From positions 23,316-87,315 of the forward strand of contig JAYZYX010000038.1 of NCBI GenBank assembly GCA_036139795.1: a stretch of DNA of 64,000 nt, read 5' to 3'. The DNA is from Pseudomonadota bacterium. Its GTDB lineage: Bacteria; Pseudomonadota; Alphaproteobacteria; Rhodobacterales; Rhodobacteraceae. A program made the position numbers and the translations under genes. The notes under the pieces were generated by a model. That model was not told where the DNA came from. It made no database searches and worked only from the letters and a program-made list of their open reading frames with translations. Positions 10,439-18,884 of the stretch are shown here, in pieces (position 1 is the first letter of the stretch; the number at the start of each line of letters is the position of its first letter).

Positions 10439-11314
10439 ATGACGATTTTCAATCTTGGTTCGATTAACGCCGATTTCACCTATCAGGTGCCCCATCTTTT
10501 GCAGGCCGGTGAAACGCTGGCGGCCTCTAGCCTGACCCGTGGTCTTGGTGGCAAAGGCGCGAATATGTCCGTGGCTATCGCGCGTGGCGCGGGCCGTGTT
10601 CAACATATGGGCGCTGTCGGCGAAGAAGGCGCATGGGCCACCTTGCGCCTTTTGGAATACGGGGTCGACACCCGCCACATCGCAACTGTTCCCGAGGCTA
10701 CGGGCCATGCCATTATCTCGGTCGATCCGGCGGGCGAAAACAACATCCTGATTTTCCCTGGTGCCAATGCCTGCATCTCGCAAGAGATGCTCGGCCGTGC
10801 CTTGAGTGCAGCCCATACGGGCGACTGGCTGATCATGCAGAATGAAACCAACTGTCTGGAAGAGGCTGCCCATATGGCCCGCCAATTGGGCCTGCGCGTC
10901 GCCTACGCGGCCGCGCCCTTTGTGGCAGAGGATGCCGCCAAAATCGCCCCGCTGTGTGAATTGATGTTCCTGAACCAGATTGAGGCGCAACAGCTTTCCG
11001 AAACCCTCGGCACCCAGATCGAAAAGCTGGGGATTGCCGATATTATTGTAACTCTCGGGGCAGATGGGTGCGATTGGTACCACAACGGAGCGCCCACGCG
11101 GATCGCGGGCTATCCGGCCAAAGTCATCGACACCACGGGCGCGGGGGACACGTTCACCGGCTATGTGATGGCGGGTCTGGACCGCGGTCTGCCTATGGCC
11201 CAAGCCATTGATCTGGCGCAACAAGCCGCTGCCTTGATGGTGGGGCGCCTTGGCACTGCCGATGTGATCCCCGACCTCAAAGAAGTCACCGAGGCCCGCC
11301 TTTCCCGCAACTGA
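10439..11314 (+). CDS. rbsK: Ribokinase (PfkB family)
   Basis: Contains GGKGANMSVA and the C-terminal DTTGAGDTF PfkB signatures. The start was moved to the ATG after the terminator hairpin. Confidence 0.8.
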   Translation: MTIFNLGSINADFTYQVPHLLQAGETLAASSLTRGLGGKGANMSVAIARGAGRVQHMGAVGEEGAWATLRLLEYGVDTRHIATVPEATGHAIISVDPAGENNILIFPGANACISQEMLGRALSAAHTGDWLIMQNETNCLEEAAHMARQLGLRVAYAAAPFVAEDAAKIAPLCELMFLNQIEAQQLSETLGTQIEKLGIADIIVTLGADGCDWYHNGAPTRIAGYPAKVIDTTGAGDTFTGYVMAGLDRGLPMAQAIDLAQQAAALMVGRLGTADVIPDLKEVTEARLSRN

Positions 11315-11412
11315 CCCTGCGGCTTCTTTATTGCATAAATACTCGCAAAACGCCCCTTGCCACCTGACGCGCAGCCCCACACTCTGGGCGTATCCAGCGG
11401 CAAGAGGCACCC

Positions 11413-12324
11413 ATGACCGAAGAACACGTCACCACCCATCAGGCCGAAGAAGACGCCCGCAACGAAGACATTCAGATCTACGTGAATGGCAAGATTCTTC
11501 CCAAAGCGCAGGCACTGGTCAGCGTCTATGACAGCGGCTTTATGCTGGGGGACGGTGTATGGGAGGGGCTGCGTCTTTATGATGGCACTTGGGCCTTTGC
11601 GGATGAGCATTTCGACCGCCTCTATGAGGCTGCCTTGGCTATTGATCTGGACATTGGCCTTACGCGCGAACAGCTTTTCGCGGCATTGGAGGACACCCGC
11701 CGCGCGAATAATATGCAGACCGATGCGCACGCCCGCCTGATGGTGACGCGGGGTATCAAGACGCGGCCGTTCCAGCATCCGTCCCTTTCGCGCCAAGGGC
11801 CGACCATTGCGATCATCGTGGAACATTCCAAACCCAAGATCCCGCGCCCGATCCGTCTGGCGACCGTGCCGCATCAGCGGGGGCTGCCGATGACGCAAGA
11901 CCCCAAGCTGAACAGCCATTCCAAACTGAACTGCATCCTTTCCTGTATTGCCGCCGAGAAGGCTGGCGCGGATGAGGCGCTGATGCTGGACGTGCATGGC
12001 TTTGTGAACACCACCAACGCTTGCAACTTTTTCATCGTCCGCAAGGGCGAGGTTTGGACCAGCACGGGCGACTACTGCATGAACGGCATCACCCGCAGCA
12101 AGGTGATTGAGGTCTGCAGACAGGCCGGCATCCCTGTTTATGAGCGCAACTTCAGCCTTGTGGACACCTATGGCGCGGATGAGGCGTTCCTGACCGGTAC
12201 ATTTGGCGCTCAAACGCCGGTGGGCAATATCGACGGGCGTCAGATCGGTACGGGACAGATGGGGCCGATGACCGAACGGATCAGGACGTTGTATAAAGCC
12301 CTGATCACGCAGGAGGTCCGCTGA
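11413..12324 (+). CDS. Class IV (branched-chain/D-amino-acid type) PLP aminotransferase family protein
   Basis: 303 aa with fold-type IV hallmarks (SVYDSGFMLGDGVWEGLR, HSKLN, EAFLTGT). Confidence 0.8.
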   Translation: MTEEHVTTHQAEEDARNEDIQIYVNGKILPKAQALVSVYDSGFMLGDGVWEGLRLYDGTWAFADEHFDRLYEAALAIDLDIGLTREQLFAALEDTRRANNMQTDAHARLMVTRGIKTRPFQHPSLSRQGPTIAIIVEHSKPKIPRPIRLATVPHQRGLPMTQDPKLNSHSKLNCILSCIAAEKAGADEALMLDVHGFVNTTNACNFFIVRKGEVWTSTGDYCMNGITRSKVIEVCRQAGIPVYERNFSLVDTYGADEAFLTGTFGAQTPVGNIDGRQIGTGQMGPMTERIRTLYKALITQEVR

Positions 12325-13040
12325 TGCGTTTGGCAATGTGGTCTGGCCCGCGCAACCTCTCGACCGCGATGATGTATAGCTTCGGGAACCGGTCTGATTT
12401 CTCTGCCGTGGATGAGCCCTTTTACGCGGCCTATCTGGCGATGACAGGTAAGGTTCACCCGATGGGGGATCAGATCAAGGCCAGCCAAAATCAGGATCCG
12501 CATGCGGTGATTGATCAGCTTTTGGCACCCACAAAAACGCCTCACGTCTATCACAAGCACATGACCCAACACATGATCGACGGCATCCCTCGGGGGTTTT
12601 TGAAAGACTGCACCAATGTCTTTTTGATCCGTCATCCGGCGCGGGTCGTGGCGAGTTTCTCTGCCAAGTATGACCAACCCGAATTGGCCGAGATCGGATT
12701 TTTGCAACAGGCAGAACTATACGATCAGGTAATATCCGAGGGGTTGCCTGCCGTGGTTGTGGATAGCGCCGATATTCGCGTCAATCCTGAGGGGATGCTT
12801 CGGGCGCTTTGTGCGGCGATTGATCTGCCGTTTGATCCGGCGATGTTGGCTTGGCCAGCAGGGGGACATCCGGATGACGGCGTGTGGGCGGCCCATTGGT
12901 ACGGCTCGGTCCACAACTCAAAGGGTTTCGCAGGTCCTGAGGGACCAATGCCCGAGGTTGCCCCCGAACTTGCCCATTTGGTCAGCGATGCGATGTCCGC
13001 TTATGAGAAAATGAAAGCTGTGGCGTTAGGAATTCGTTGA
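12324..13040 (+). CDS. Sulfotransferase-fold (P-loop-like) protein of unknown specificity
   Basis: 238 aa with a 5'-PSB-like GPRNLSTAM segment and a 3'-PB-like IRHPARVVASF segment. Its start codon overlaps the stop of the upstream aminotransferase by 1 nt (TGATG). Confidence 0.55.
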   Translation: MRLAMWSGPRNLSTAMMYSFGNRSDFSAVDEPFYAAYLAMTGKVHPMGDQIKASQNQDPHAVIDQLLAPTKTPHVYHKHMTQHMIDGIPRGFLKDCTNVFLIRHPARVVASFSAKYDQPELAEIGFLQQAELYDQVISEGLPAVVVDSADIRVNPEGMLRALCAAIDLPFDPAMLAWPAGGHPDDGVWAAHWYGSVHNSKGFAGPEGPMPEVAPELAHLVSDAMSAYEKMKAVALGIR

Positions 13041-13447
13041 TCTTTGGGGTACTAAAGCCGAATCACTTTTCGAACAAATATGCAAAAAGTGGCCTCTTGC
13101 GTTGCAATTTTGGCAAACTGTACCAGTTGGTTTCGATGGTTAATATCTAATAGAAATTGATCTTTTAACCAGATATTTGCCCAAGATCTGGGCGCTGTCG
13201 GAAAACTGTTGCAAACTCATGACGTTGCAAATTGATATGTTTTCCACACGCCTTTCGCTCAGCTTGCCAAGCTGTCTGGTTTTGATATGTGCAAAAAACA
13301 TTATGTGATTCCGGCTAACGGTTGTATGGTTAACCTCAATCAAGGGGGAAAAGGTGCTCGGTGATACACCAGCCTGACGCAACGCCTAAACATTCGGCTA
13401 TTGTCGGTTTTTCCCTTTAATACTACCAGAAGCCGCTCACCCTTTGG

Positions 13448-13478
13448 CCCGTTCTCAGAAGAGAGCGGGTCATTTTCT
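13448..13478 (+). terminator. Orphan intrinsic-terminator-like hairpin inside the AT-rich island
   Basis: CCCGTTCTC-agaa-GAGAGCGGG (one G-U pair) is followed by TCATTTTCT. No annotated plus-strand gene ends near it. Confidence 0.4.
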
Positions 13479-13502
13479 GATGGCGGTTTGTTAAGCATAG
13501 AT

Positions 13503-13540
13503 TTCAAGAAGCATGCAGCGCGGCTTTGGCCCCGCGCAGG
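13503..13540 (-). terminator. Possible terminator of the SCP2 gene
   Basis: The GCGCGG-N8-CCGCGC hairpin lies 40 nt past the stop. A moderately T-rich tail follows on the minus strand. Confidence 0.35.
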
Positions 13541-13576
13541 CGTACCTTGCGCGGGTCTTTCACGTGAAGCGGCCTC

Positions 13577-13870
13577 TTAGCCCTTCAGATAACGCGCCAG
13601 TTCCATGGCTGCTGCGGGATTGCCGCTGACCTTCATCTTGCCCATCATGACGCCGGTCATCGGGTTCAATTCGCCCTTGAGCAGCTTTTTCAGATTCTCC
13701 AGCGACATGCGGATCGTGCAATCGGCGGGGCGGTCGTCCATGGCGACCTGTGTTCCGTCCAGCACCATGATGCCATCATTGCCGCAGTCGATCTTCAGGC
13801 TTTTCTGGTTGGAACTAGTCGCCAGCACCGGCGCGACGCGGTCGGCAATGTCTTGAAGGGTGGTCGCCAT
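13577..13870 (-). CDS. SCP-2 sterol-carrier-like small protein
   Basis: 97 aa. The C-terminal GELNPMTGVMMGKMKVSGNPAAAMEL is a classic SCP2 signature. Confidence 0.8.
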   Translation of the reverse strand: MATTLQDIADRVAPVLATSSNQKSLKIDCGNDGIMVLDGTQVAMDDRPADCTIRMSLENLKKLLKGELNPMTGVMMGKMKVSGNPAAAMELARYLKG

Positions 13871-13896
13871 GAGGGGAACTTTCTAAACGGGTTGGT

Positions 13897-13931
13897 TCAA
13901 AAAGAAATGGCCCGCCGAGGCGAGCCATTTC
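13897..13931 (-). terminator. Intrinsic terminator of argG
   Basis: On the minus strand a GGCTCG...CGGGCC hairpin is followed by CATTTCTTTTT, 25-60 nt past the argG stop. Confidence 0.55.
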
Positions 13932-13954
13932 AAGTGTGACGGTGCGTCTGAGGC

Positions 13955-15181
13955 TTAGCCTTTGTGACGACGTGCGCGCGAGGCCAGCAGCTTCAGGCGC
14001 AGGGCGTTCAGCTGGATGAAACCTGCGGCATCTTTCTGATCGTAGGCGCCTGCGTCGTCCTCGAAGGTGACGTGCGCTTCGGAATACAGGCTGTAGTCCG
14101 ACCAGCGGGCCACGGTGCGGGCGCTGCCTTTGTACAGTTTCACGCGGACGGTGCCGGTGACGAACTTTTGGCTTTCGTCGATCAGGGCCTGCAGCATTTC
14201 ACGCTCGGGGCTGTACCAGAAGCCGTTGTAGATCAGCTCTGCGTAGCGGGGCATGATCGAATCCTTCAGGTGGCCTGCGCCGCTGTCCAGAGTGATCTGT
14301 TCGATGCCGCGGTGCGCTTCCAGCAGGATGGTGCCGCCGGGGGTCTCATAGATGCCGCGCGACTTCATGCCAACGAAACGGTTTTCCACCAGATCCAGAC
14401 GACCAACGCCGTGCTTGCGGCCGTATTCGTTCAGTTCGGTCAGGATGGTTGCGGGGCTCATGGCCTCGCCGTTGATGCTGACCGCGTCGCCTTTTTCGAA
14501 ACCGATCTCGATGAACTCGGGGGTATCGGGCGCATCTTCGGGGTTCACGGTACGCTGGTAGACGTAATCGGGTGCCTCATCGGCGGGGTTCTCAAGAACC
14601 TTACCTTCGGACGAGGTGTGCAGCAGGTTCGCGTCCACCGAGAAGGGCGCTTCGCCGCGCTTGTCTTTGGCGATCGGAATCTGGTTCTGCTCTGCGAACT
14701 CCAGCAGCTTGGTGCGGCTGCTCAGGTCCCATTCACGCCAGGGCGCGATGACCTTGATGTCGGGGTTCAGAGCGTAGGCGGCCAGTTCGAAACGAACCTG
14801 GTCGTTGCCTTTGCCGGTCGCGCCGTGGGCCACAGCGTCTGCACCGGTCTCGGCGGCGATTTCCACCAGACGCTTTGAGATCAGCGGACGTGCGATCGAC
14901 GTACCAAGCAGGTAAAGCCCTTCGTACAGCGCGTTGGCGCGGAACATGGGGAAAACGAAGTCGCGCACGAACTCTTCGCGGACGTCTTCGATGAAGATGT
15001 TCTCAGGCTTGATCCCCAGCATTTCTGCTTTCTTGCGGGCGGGTTCCAGCTCTTCGCCCTGACCGAGGTCAGCGGTGAAGGTAACCACTTCGCAACCGTA
15101 TTCGGTTTGCAGCCACTTCAGAATGATCGAGGTATCAAGGCCACCGGAGTAGGCCAGAACGACTTTTTTGGGCGCGGACAT
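13955..15181 (-). CDS. argG: Argininosuccinate synthase
   Basis: 408 aa with the N-terminal [12 protein letters not shown]-binding motif. It is full-length type-1 ArgG. Confidence 0.95.
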   Translation of the reverse strand: MSAPKKVVLAYSGGLDTSIILKWLQTEYGCEVVTFTADLGQGEELEPARKKAEMLGIKPENIFIEDVREEFVRDFVFPMFRANALYEGLYLLGTSIARPLISKRLVEIAAETGADAVAHGATGKGNDQVRFELAAYALNPDIKVIAPWREWDLSSRTKLLEFAEQNQIPIAKDKRGEAPFSVDANLLHTSSEGKVLENPADEAPDYVYQRTVNPEDAPDTPEFIEIGFEKGDAVSINGEAMSPATILTELNEYGRKHGVGRLDLVENRFVGMKSRGIYETPGGTILLEAHRGIEQITLDSGAGHLKDSIMPRYAELIYNGFWYSPEREMLQALIDESQKFVTGTVRVKLYKGSARTVARWSDYSLYSEAHVTFEDDAGAYDQKDAAGFIQLNALRLKLLASRARRHKG

Positions 15182-15363
15182 AGGAATTCCCCTTTAATCG
15201 GACGCACCGCCGATAGCGGTTTTTCCGTGCGGGGGCAAGTTAGGGCAGGGGAATCGCTGCAAATGACTGACATTTCCCCCTGTATCAGGGTTTTGCACCG
15301 TTGACCGTCTTAGAAAATCAGGCAAACCCTGAGGGAAAGCGGCTTTTTTCGAGGGATGTGTTG

Positions 15364-16104
15364 ATGACCGGATGGATGCTTTTCAAACACGCGGTGGCGA
15401 TGGTTCTGCGCAACTGGCGCGAGGCGCTGCGGATTTCGGGCCTGCTGTATCTGGTTCTGGCGGTGGTCGAGCTGTCGTTCGGCCAATCGATGCAAGGCGG
15501 CGGGCATGGGGGCAACATGCCAATGTCGGGTGGCGCGATCCTGATCCAGCTGCTGGTCGCTGTCCTTTATGTGATCCTCAGCCTCTGGATCGCGGTGTCC
15601 TGGCACCGCTACATCCTTCTGGAAGAGATGCCCGAGGGCTACGTTCCCCAATGGCATGGCCGTCCGATCATGCGGTATCTGGGCTTTTCTTTGCTGATCA
15701 CCTTGATCGTCGCCTTGGCCGCCGCGCTTGGGGCGACGGCTTTGATGATCGTGGGTAAGGGGCTGGCACCTGTTGCAGTCGCACTTGGCGTGTTTCTGGT
15801 GCTTTACCTATTTACCGTCTTCTACCGCTTGTCCCCGATGCTTCCCGCCGCAGCCATCGGCGAGGACATGAGCCTGAAAGAGGCTTGGGACAAAACAAAA
15901 GGCCTGACTGGCGCGATTCTGTTGATCATTGCTTTGCAAATGGCTCTAACCTTTGGCCTGCAACTGTTTGCTCTTGGCTTCGCCGGTATCCCTGTAATCG
16001 GGATAATCGCGCAAATAGCGGCGAATTGGTTCCTGACAATGGTCATGGCCAGTCTATTGACGACTTTTTACGGGCATTTTGTTCAAGAAAGGCCGCTTCT
16101 TTAA
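15364..16104 (+). CDS. Polytopic membrane protein, unknown function (paralogue 1)
   Basis: Multiple hydrophobic helices. It shares the block R(L/I)SP(M/L)LPAAA...(S/T)(L/M)(K/S)EAW with the next gene. The start is uncertain (ORF track gives 15301). Confidence 0.55.
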   Translation: MTGWMLFKHAVAMVLRNWREALRISGLLYLVLAVVELSFGQSMQGGGHGGNMPMSGGAILIQLLVAVLYVILSLWIAVSWHRYILLEEMPEGYVPQWHGRPIMRYLGFSLLITLIVALAAALGATALMIVGKGLAPVAVALGVFLVLYLFTVFYRLSPMLPAAAIGEDMSLKEAWDKTKGLTGAILLIIALQMALTFGLQLFALGFAGIPVIGIIAQIAANWFLTMVMASLLTTFYGHFVQERPLL

Positions 16105-16222
16105 TCACGACAAAATTGTGAAGTAATCGCACGTTAAAGTTGTTCCAAACTCGCGTCGGAATTGTTAAGCTTCCGTGAATAGAAAGCTTAATTCTAAGAT
16201 TCCTTCAGTTTTTGGGTTCGTT

Positions 16223-17044
16223 ATGTCTGATCTTGCACTTACAAAGGACACGTTTAGCGTGTTTAAAGAGCATCACAAAAAGATGCTGGCTATGGCGATC
16301 GGGAAAATTGTTGTTTTTCTTTTCGCGAGTAGCGTCCTCGCAGCGGCTTCTATCTCTGTTGGTCAACCGCTGCCGACTTTGATTTCGGTAGGCTTTGTTG
16401 CGTTGTTGGGGGTTTATTGCGTGAGCAAAATCGCCGTCCCGCTACATCGCTTTTTCCTATTGCCAAGTTCCGATGAGGGCCGGCCCGCGATGCGCCGCGT
16501 CAAAACACGCGAAATTCTGCAGTACGCAGGCGCTGTGACCTCGGTGGGCGCTGTGATGGGGGCGATATTGTTTGCGTTCGCTCTGGGCGCGGTTTCGTTG
16601 TTGGTTGGTTCTGGATCGAACAGCGCAACAGTTAATATTCCGGTCGGCTTTTATGGCGTCGGGGTTTTGGTCGTGCTGCTGGTCGGCTACGTCGGCTTCC
16701 GCATCTCGCCGCTGCTGCCTGCTGCTGCTGTCGATGTGCGCCTGACCATGAGCGAAGCGTGGCACACCACCCACGACATGTCCGGCACCTTCATTAAGGC
16801 GCTGGTGGGTATCGGCGGCGTGGCCCTTCTGATCGGCGCGGCGTTTGGCGCAGGGACATTCTACGCGCTTGAGGCCGCAAGCCTTGGTCAGGGTTTGGCG
16901 CTGGTTGTCGGTGGCTTTGTTGCCCTGCAGGCGGCGTTCTGGACCGCCACCCTTCTGTCGTTGGTCTTTATGAGCGTCATGTACGACAAGGTCATCGAAG
17001 TCCGTCTTCTGGATGACCGCATGAAGGTGTTCCACGCGGCTTAA
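16223..17044 (+). CDS. Polytopic membrane protein, unknown function (paralogue 2)
   Basis: It has the same architecture and conserved block (RISPLLPAAAVDVRLTMSEAW) as paralogue 1. The 5' part is visibly AT-rich. The start is uncertain (ORF track gives 16175). Confidence 0.55.
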   Translation: MSDLALTKDTFSVFKEHHKKMLAMAIGKIVVFLFASSVLAAASISVGQPLPTLISVGFVALLGVYCVSKIAVPLHRFFLLPSSDEGRPAMRRVKTREILQYAGAVTSVGAVMGAILFAFALGAVSLLVGSGSNSATVNIPVGFYGVGVLVVLLVGYVGFRISPLLPAAAVDVRLTMSEAWHTTHDMSGTFIKALVGIGGVALLIGAAFGAGTFYALEAASLGQGLALVVGGFVALQAAFWTATLLSLVFMSVMYDKVIEVRLLDDRMKVFHAA

Positions 17045-17163
17045 GTCAGCGTTCACCGCATTTCTCAAACGCCCGTGCTTGCAGATCGCAGGTGCGGGCG
17101 TTGTCGTTCAGGTCGCAGCATCTGCATCTTGCGCCGGCGCAATCCTTGGGCCACTGATACCTG

Positions 17164-18402
17164 ATGAGTGATTTTCGTACCCAAGCCCAAGCCGCTGAAG
17201 CCGCCATGCGTGAGGTGTTCCCCGCAACACCGATGCTGCGCAATGATTTCCTGTCTGCCCGCTTCGGCGCTGATATCTGGCTGAAGCGCGAAGATCTTAG
17301 CCCCGTGCGCAGCTACAAACTGCGCGGCGCGTTCAATGCTATGCGTAAGGTTCTGGCGGAAAAGCCGGACCAAAAGCAGTTTGTCTGCGCCAGTGCGGGC
17401 AATCACGCGCAAGGCGTGGCCTATATGTGCCGGCACTTCGATGTGAAGGGCGTGATCTTTATGCCCGTTACGACGCCGCAGCAAAAGATCATGAAGACCC
17501 GCGCCTTTGGTGGCTCGAATGTCGAAATCCGCCTGACCGGCGACTATTTCGATGACACGCTGGCCGCCTCGCAGGCCTATTGCAAAGAAGCGGGCGCCCA
17601 CTTCCTCTCGCCCTTCGATGATGATGACGTGATCGAAGGTCAAGCCAGCGTCGCGGTCGAGATCGCAGAGACCTTGGGCAAAGCGCCTGACCACATCGTG
17701 CTGCCCGTGGGCGGCGGCGGGCTGTCGTCGGGGGTCTACAAGTTCTTTGGCAGCGATTGCAGCTATAGCTTTGTCGAGCCTTTGGGCGGGATGTCTCTGG
17801 CTGCTGCCTTGAAGGCGGGCCGCCCCATGCCGCTCAAGCGGGTGGATACCTTTGTTGACGGCGCGGCGGTCGCGCAAGTCGGGGCGAAAACCTTCGACAT
17901 TTTGAAGGATGTGTCTGTCCAGAACGTCTTTTCTGCGCCCGAAGACCGGATTTGCGTCACCATTCTAGAGATGCTGAATGTCGAAGGCATCGTTTTGGAA
18001 CCGGCAGGGGCGCTGTCGATCGATGTTCTGGCGGATATTCGCGATCAGATCGAAGGGAAAACCGTGGTCTGCGTGACCTCGGGCGGGAACTTTGACTTTG
18101 AGCGTTTGCCAGAGGTGAAAGAGCGGGCGCAGCGATATTCAGGGGTGAAAAAGTATTTCATCCTGCGCTTGCCCCAGCGTCCCGGTGCTTTGAAAGAGTT
18201 TCTGAATCTCTTGGGGCCTCATGACGATATTGCCCGTTTTGAGTATTTGAAAAAATCTGCGCGGAACTTTGGTTCGGTTCTGATCGGGATCGAGACCGAC
18301 GACGCCGCAAACTTTGCCGGATTTACGGCCAAGCTGGATGCGGCAGGATTCGTTTATACGGATATTACCAATGATGATCTGCTGGCGCAGTTCCTGATCT
18401 AA
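17164..18402 (+). CDS. ilvA: Threonine ammonia-lyase (threonine dehydratase), single regulatory domain form
   Basis: Contains the PLP-lysine region SYKLRGA, the GGGGL loop and one C-terminal ACT-like domain. Confidence 0.9.
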   Translation: MSDFRTQAQAAEAAMREVFPATPMLRNDFLSARFGADIWLKREDLSPVRSYKLRGAFNAMRKVLAEKPDQKQFVCASAGNHAQGVAYMCRHFDVKGVIFMPVTTPQQKIMKTRAFGGSNVEIRLTGDYFDDTLAASQAYCKEAGAHFLSPFDDDDVIEGQASVAVEIAETLGKAPDHIVLPVGGGGLSSGVYKFFGSDCSYSFVEPLGGMSLAAALKAGRPMPLKRVDTFVDGAAVAQVGAKTFDILKDVSVQNVFSAPEDRICVTILEMLNVEGIVLEPAGALSIDVLADIRDQIEGKTVVCVTSGGNFDFERLPEVKERAQRYSGVKKYFILRLPQRPGALKEFLNLLGPHDDIARFEYLKKSARNFGSVLIGIETDDAANFAGFTAKLDAAGFVYTDITNDDLLAQFLI

Positions 18403-18405
18403 GGA

Positions 18406-18789
18406 TCAGGCTGCACCGCAGATCAGCGGGCTTTCGATGAAGAGCACGCGGGATTTGTCGTAGCACTTGACCACTTCGACAACATCCACCTCTGACGGAT
18501 CGCTTTCCCGCGCGGTGTATTCGCCGGATGCACAAAGCTCGGCAAAGGCAGAGAAGCCCAGATTGATGGCGCTGCCTTTCAGAAAATGAAGATCTTCAGC
18601 CAGCGAATCCAACTCGGGTGCCGTGCGCAGCTGTTCAATGGCTGCGTCTACCTCAACCAAAAACATCTGTGCGACATCAGCGAAATCCTCTTCGCCAATC
18701 TCGTCACGCAGTTCGTTGATTCGGTTCCAATCGATCATCTCAGTCTCCATCATGGTATAAGAGGTAGTTCGAAACGCAGCCTCCGTCAC
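18406..18789 (-). CDS. Stand-alone Hpt (histidine phosphotransfer) domain protein
   Basis: The Hpt signature HFLKGSAINLG contains the phosphorylatable His. The true start may be the internal ATG at 18738 (MIDWN...), which has GGAG 6 nt upstream. Confidence 0.75.
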   Translation of the reverse strand: MTEAAFRTTSYTMMETEMIDWNRINELRDEIGEEDFADVAQMFLVEVDAAIEQLRTAPELDSLAEDLHFLKGSAINLGFSAFAELCASGEYTARESDPSEVDVVEVVKCYDKSRVLFIESPLICGAA

Positions 18790-18884
18790 TATATACGTTC
18801 GACTAATGTAAGTGAATTTTTAGCATTTACGTCCCGTTAAACTCTGATCCGTTTCCATACCCCCTGTGGGTAAGGAAGTGAGTT

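Noticed and set aside
9020-11410. 796-aa ORF on the minus strand spanning maeB and rbsK
   Set aside because: It is antisense to two well-supported genes and crosses their intergenic terminator. Its composition is Arg/Gly/Ala/His-rich and low-complexity with no recognisable motif. This is a typical stop-codon-poor shadow frame in high-GC DNA.
13140-13382. 80-aa ORF in the AT-rich island
   Set aside because: It starts at TTG with no SD and has no recognisable fold or motif. Its composition simply mirrors the AT-rich DNA. I treat the island as non-coding or possibly sRNA.
13556-13571. Second parS-like sequence TCTTTCACGTGAAGCG
   Set aside because: It matches only 13 of 16 positions, with two mismatches in the normally invariant right half. 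It abuts the SCP2 stop codon. It is too weak to call without binding data.
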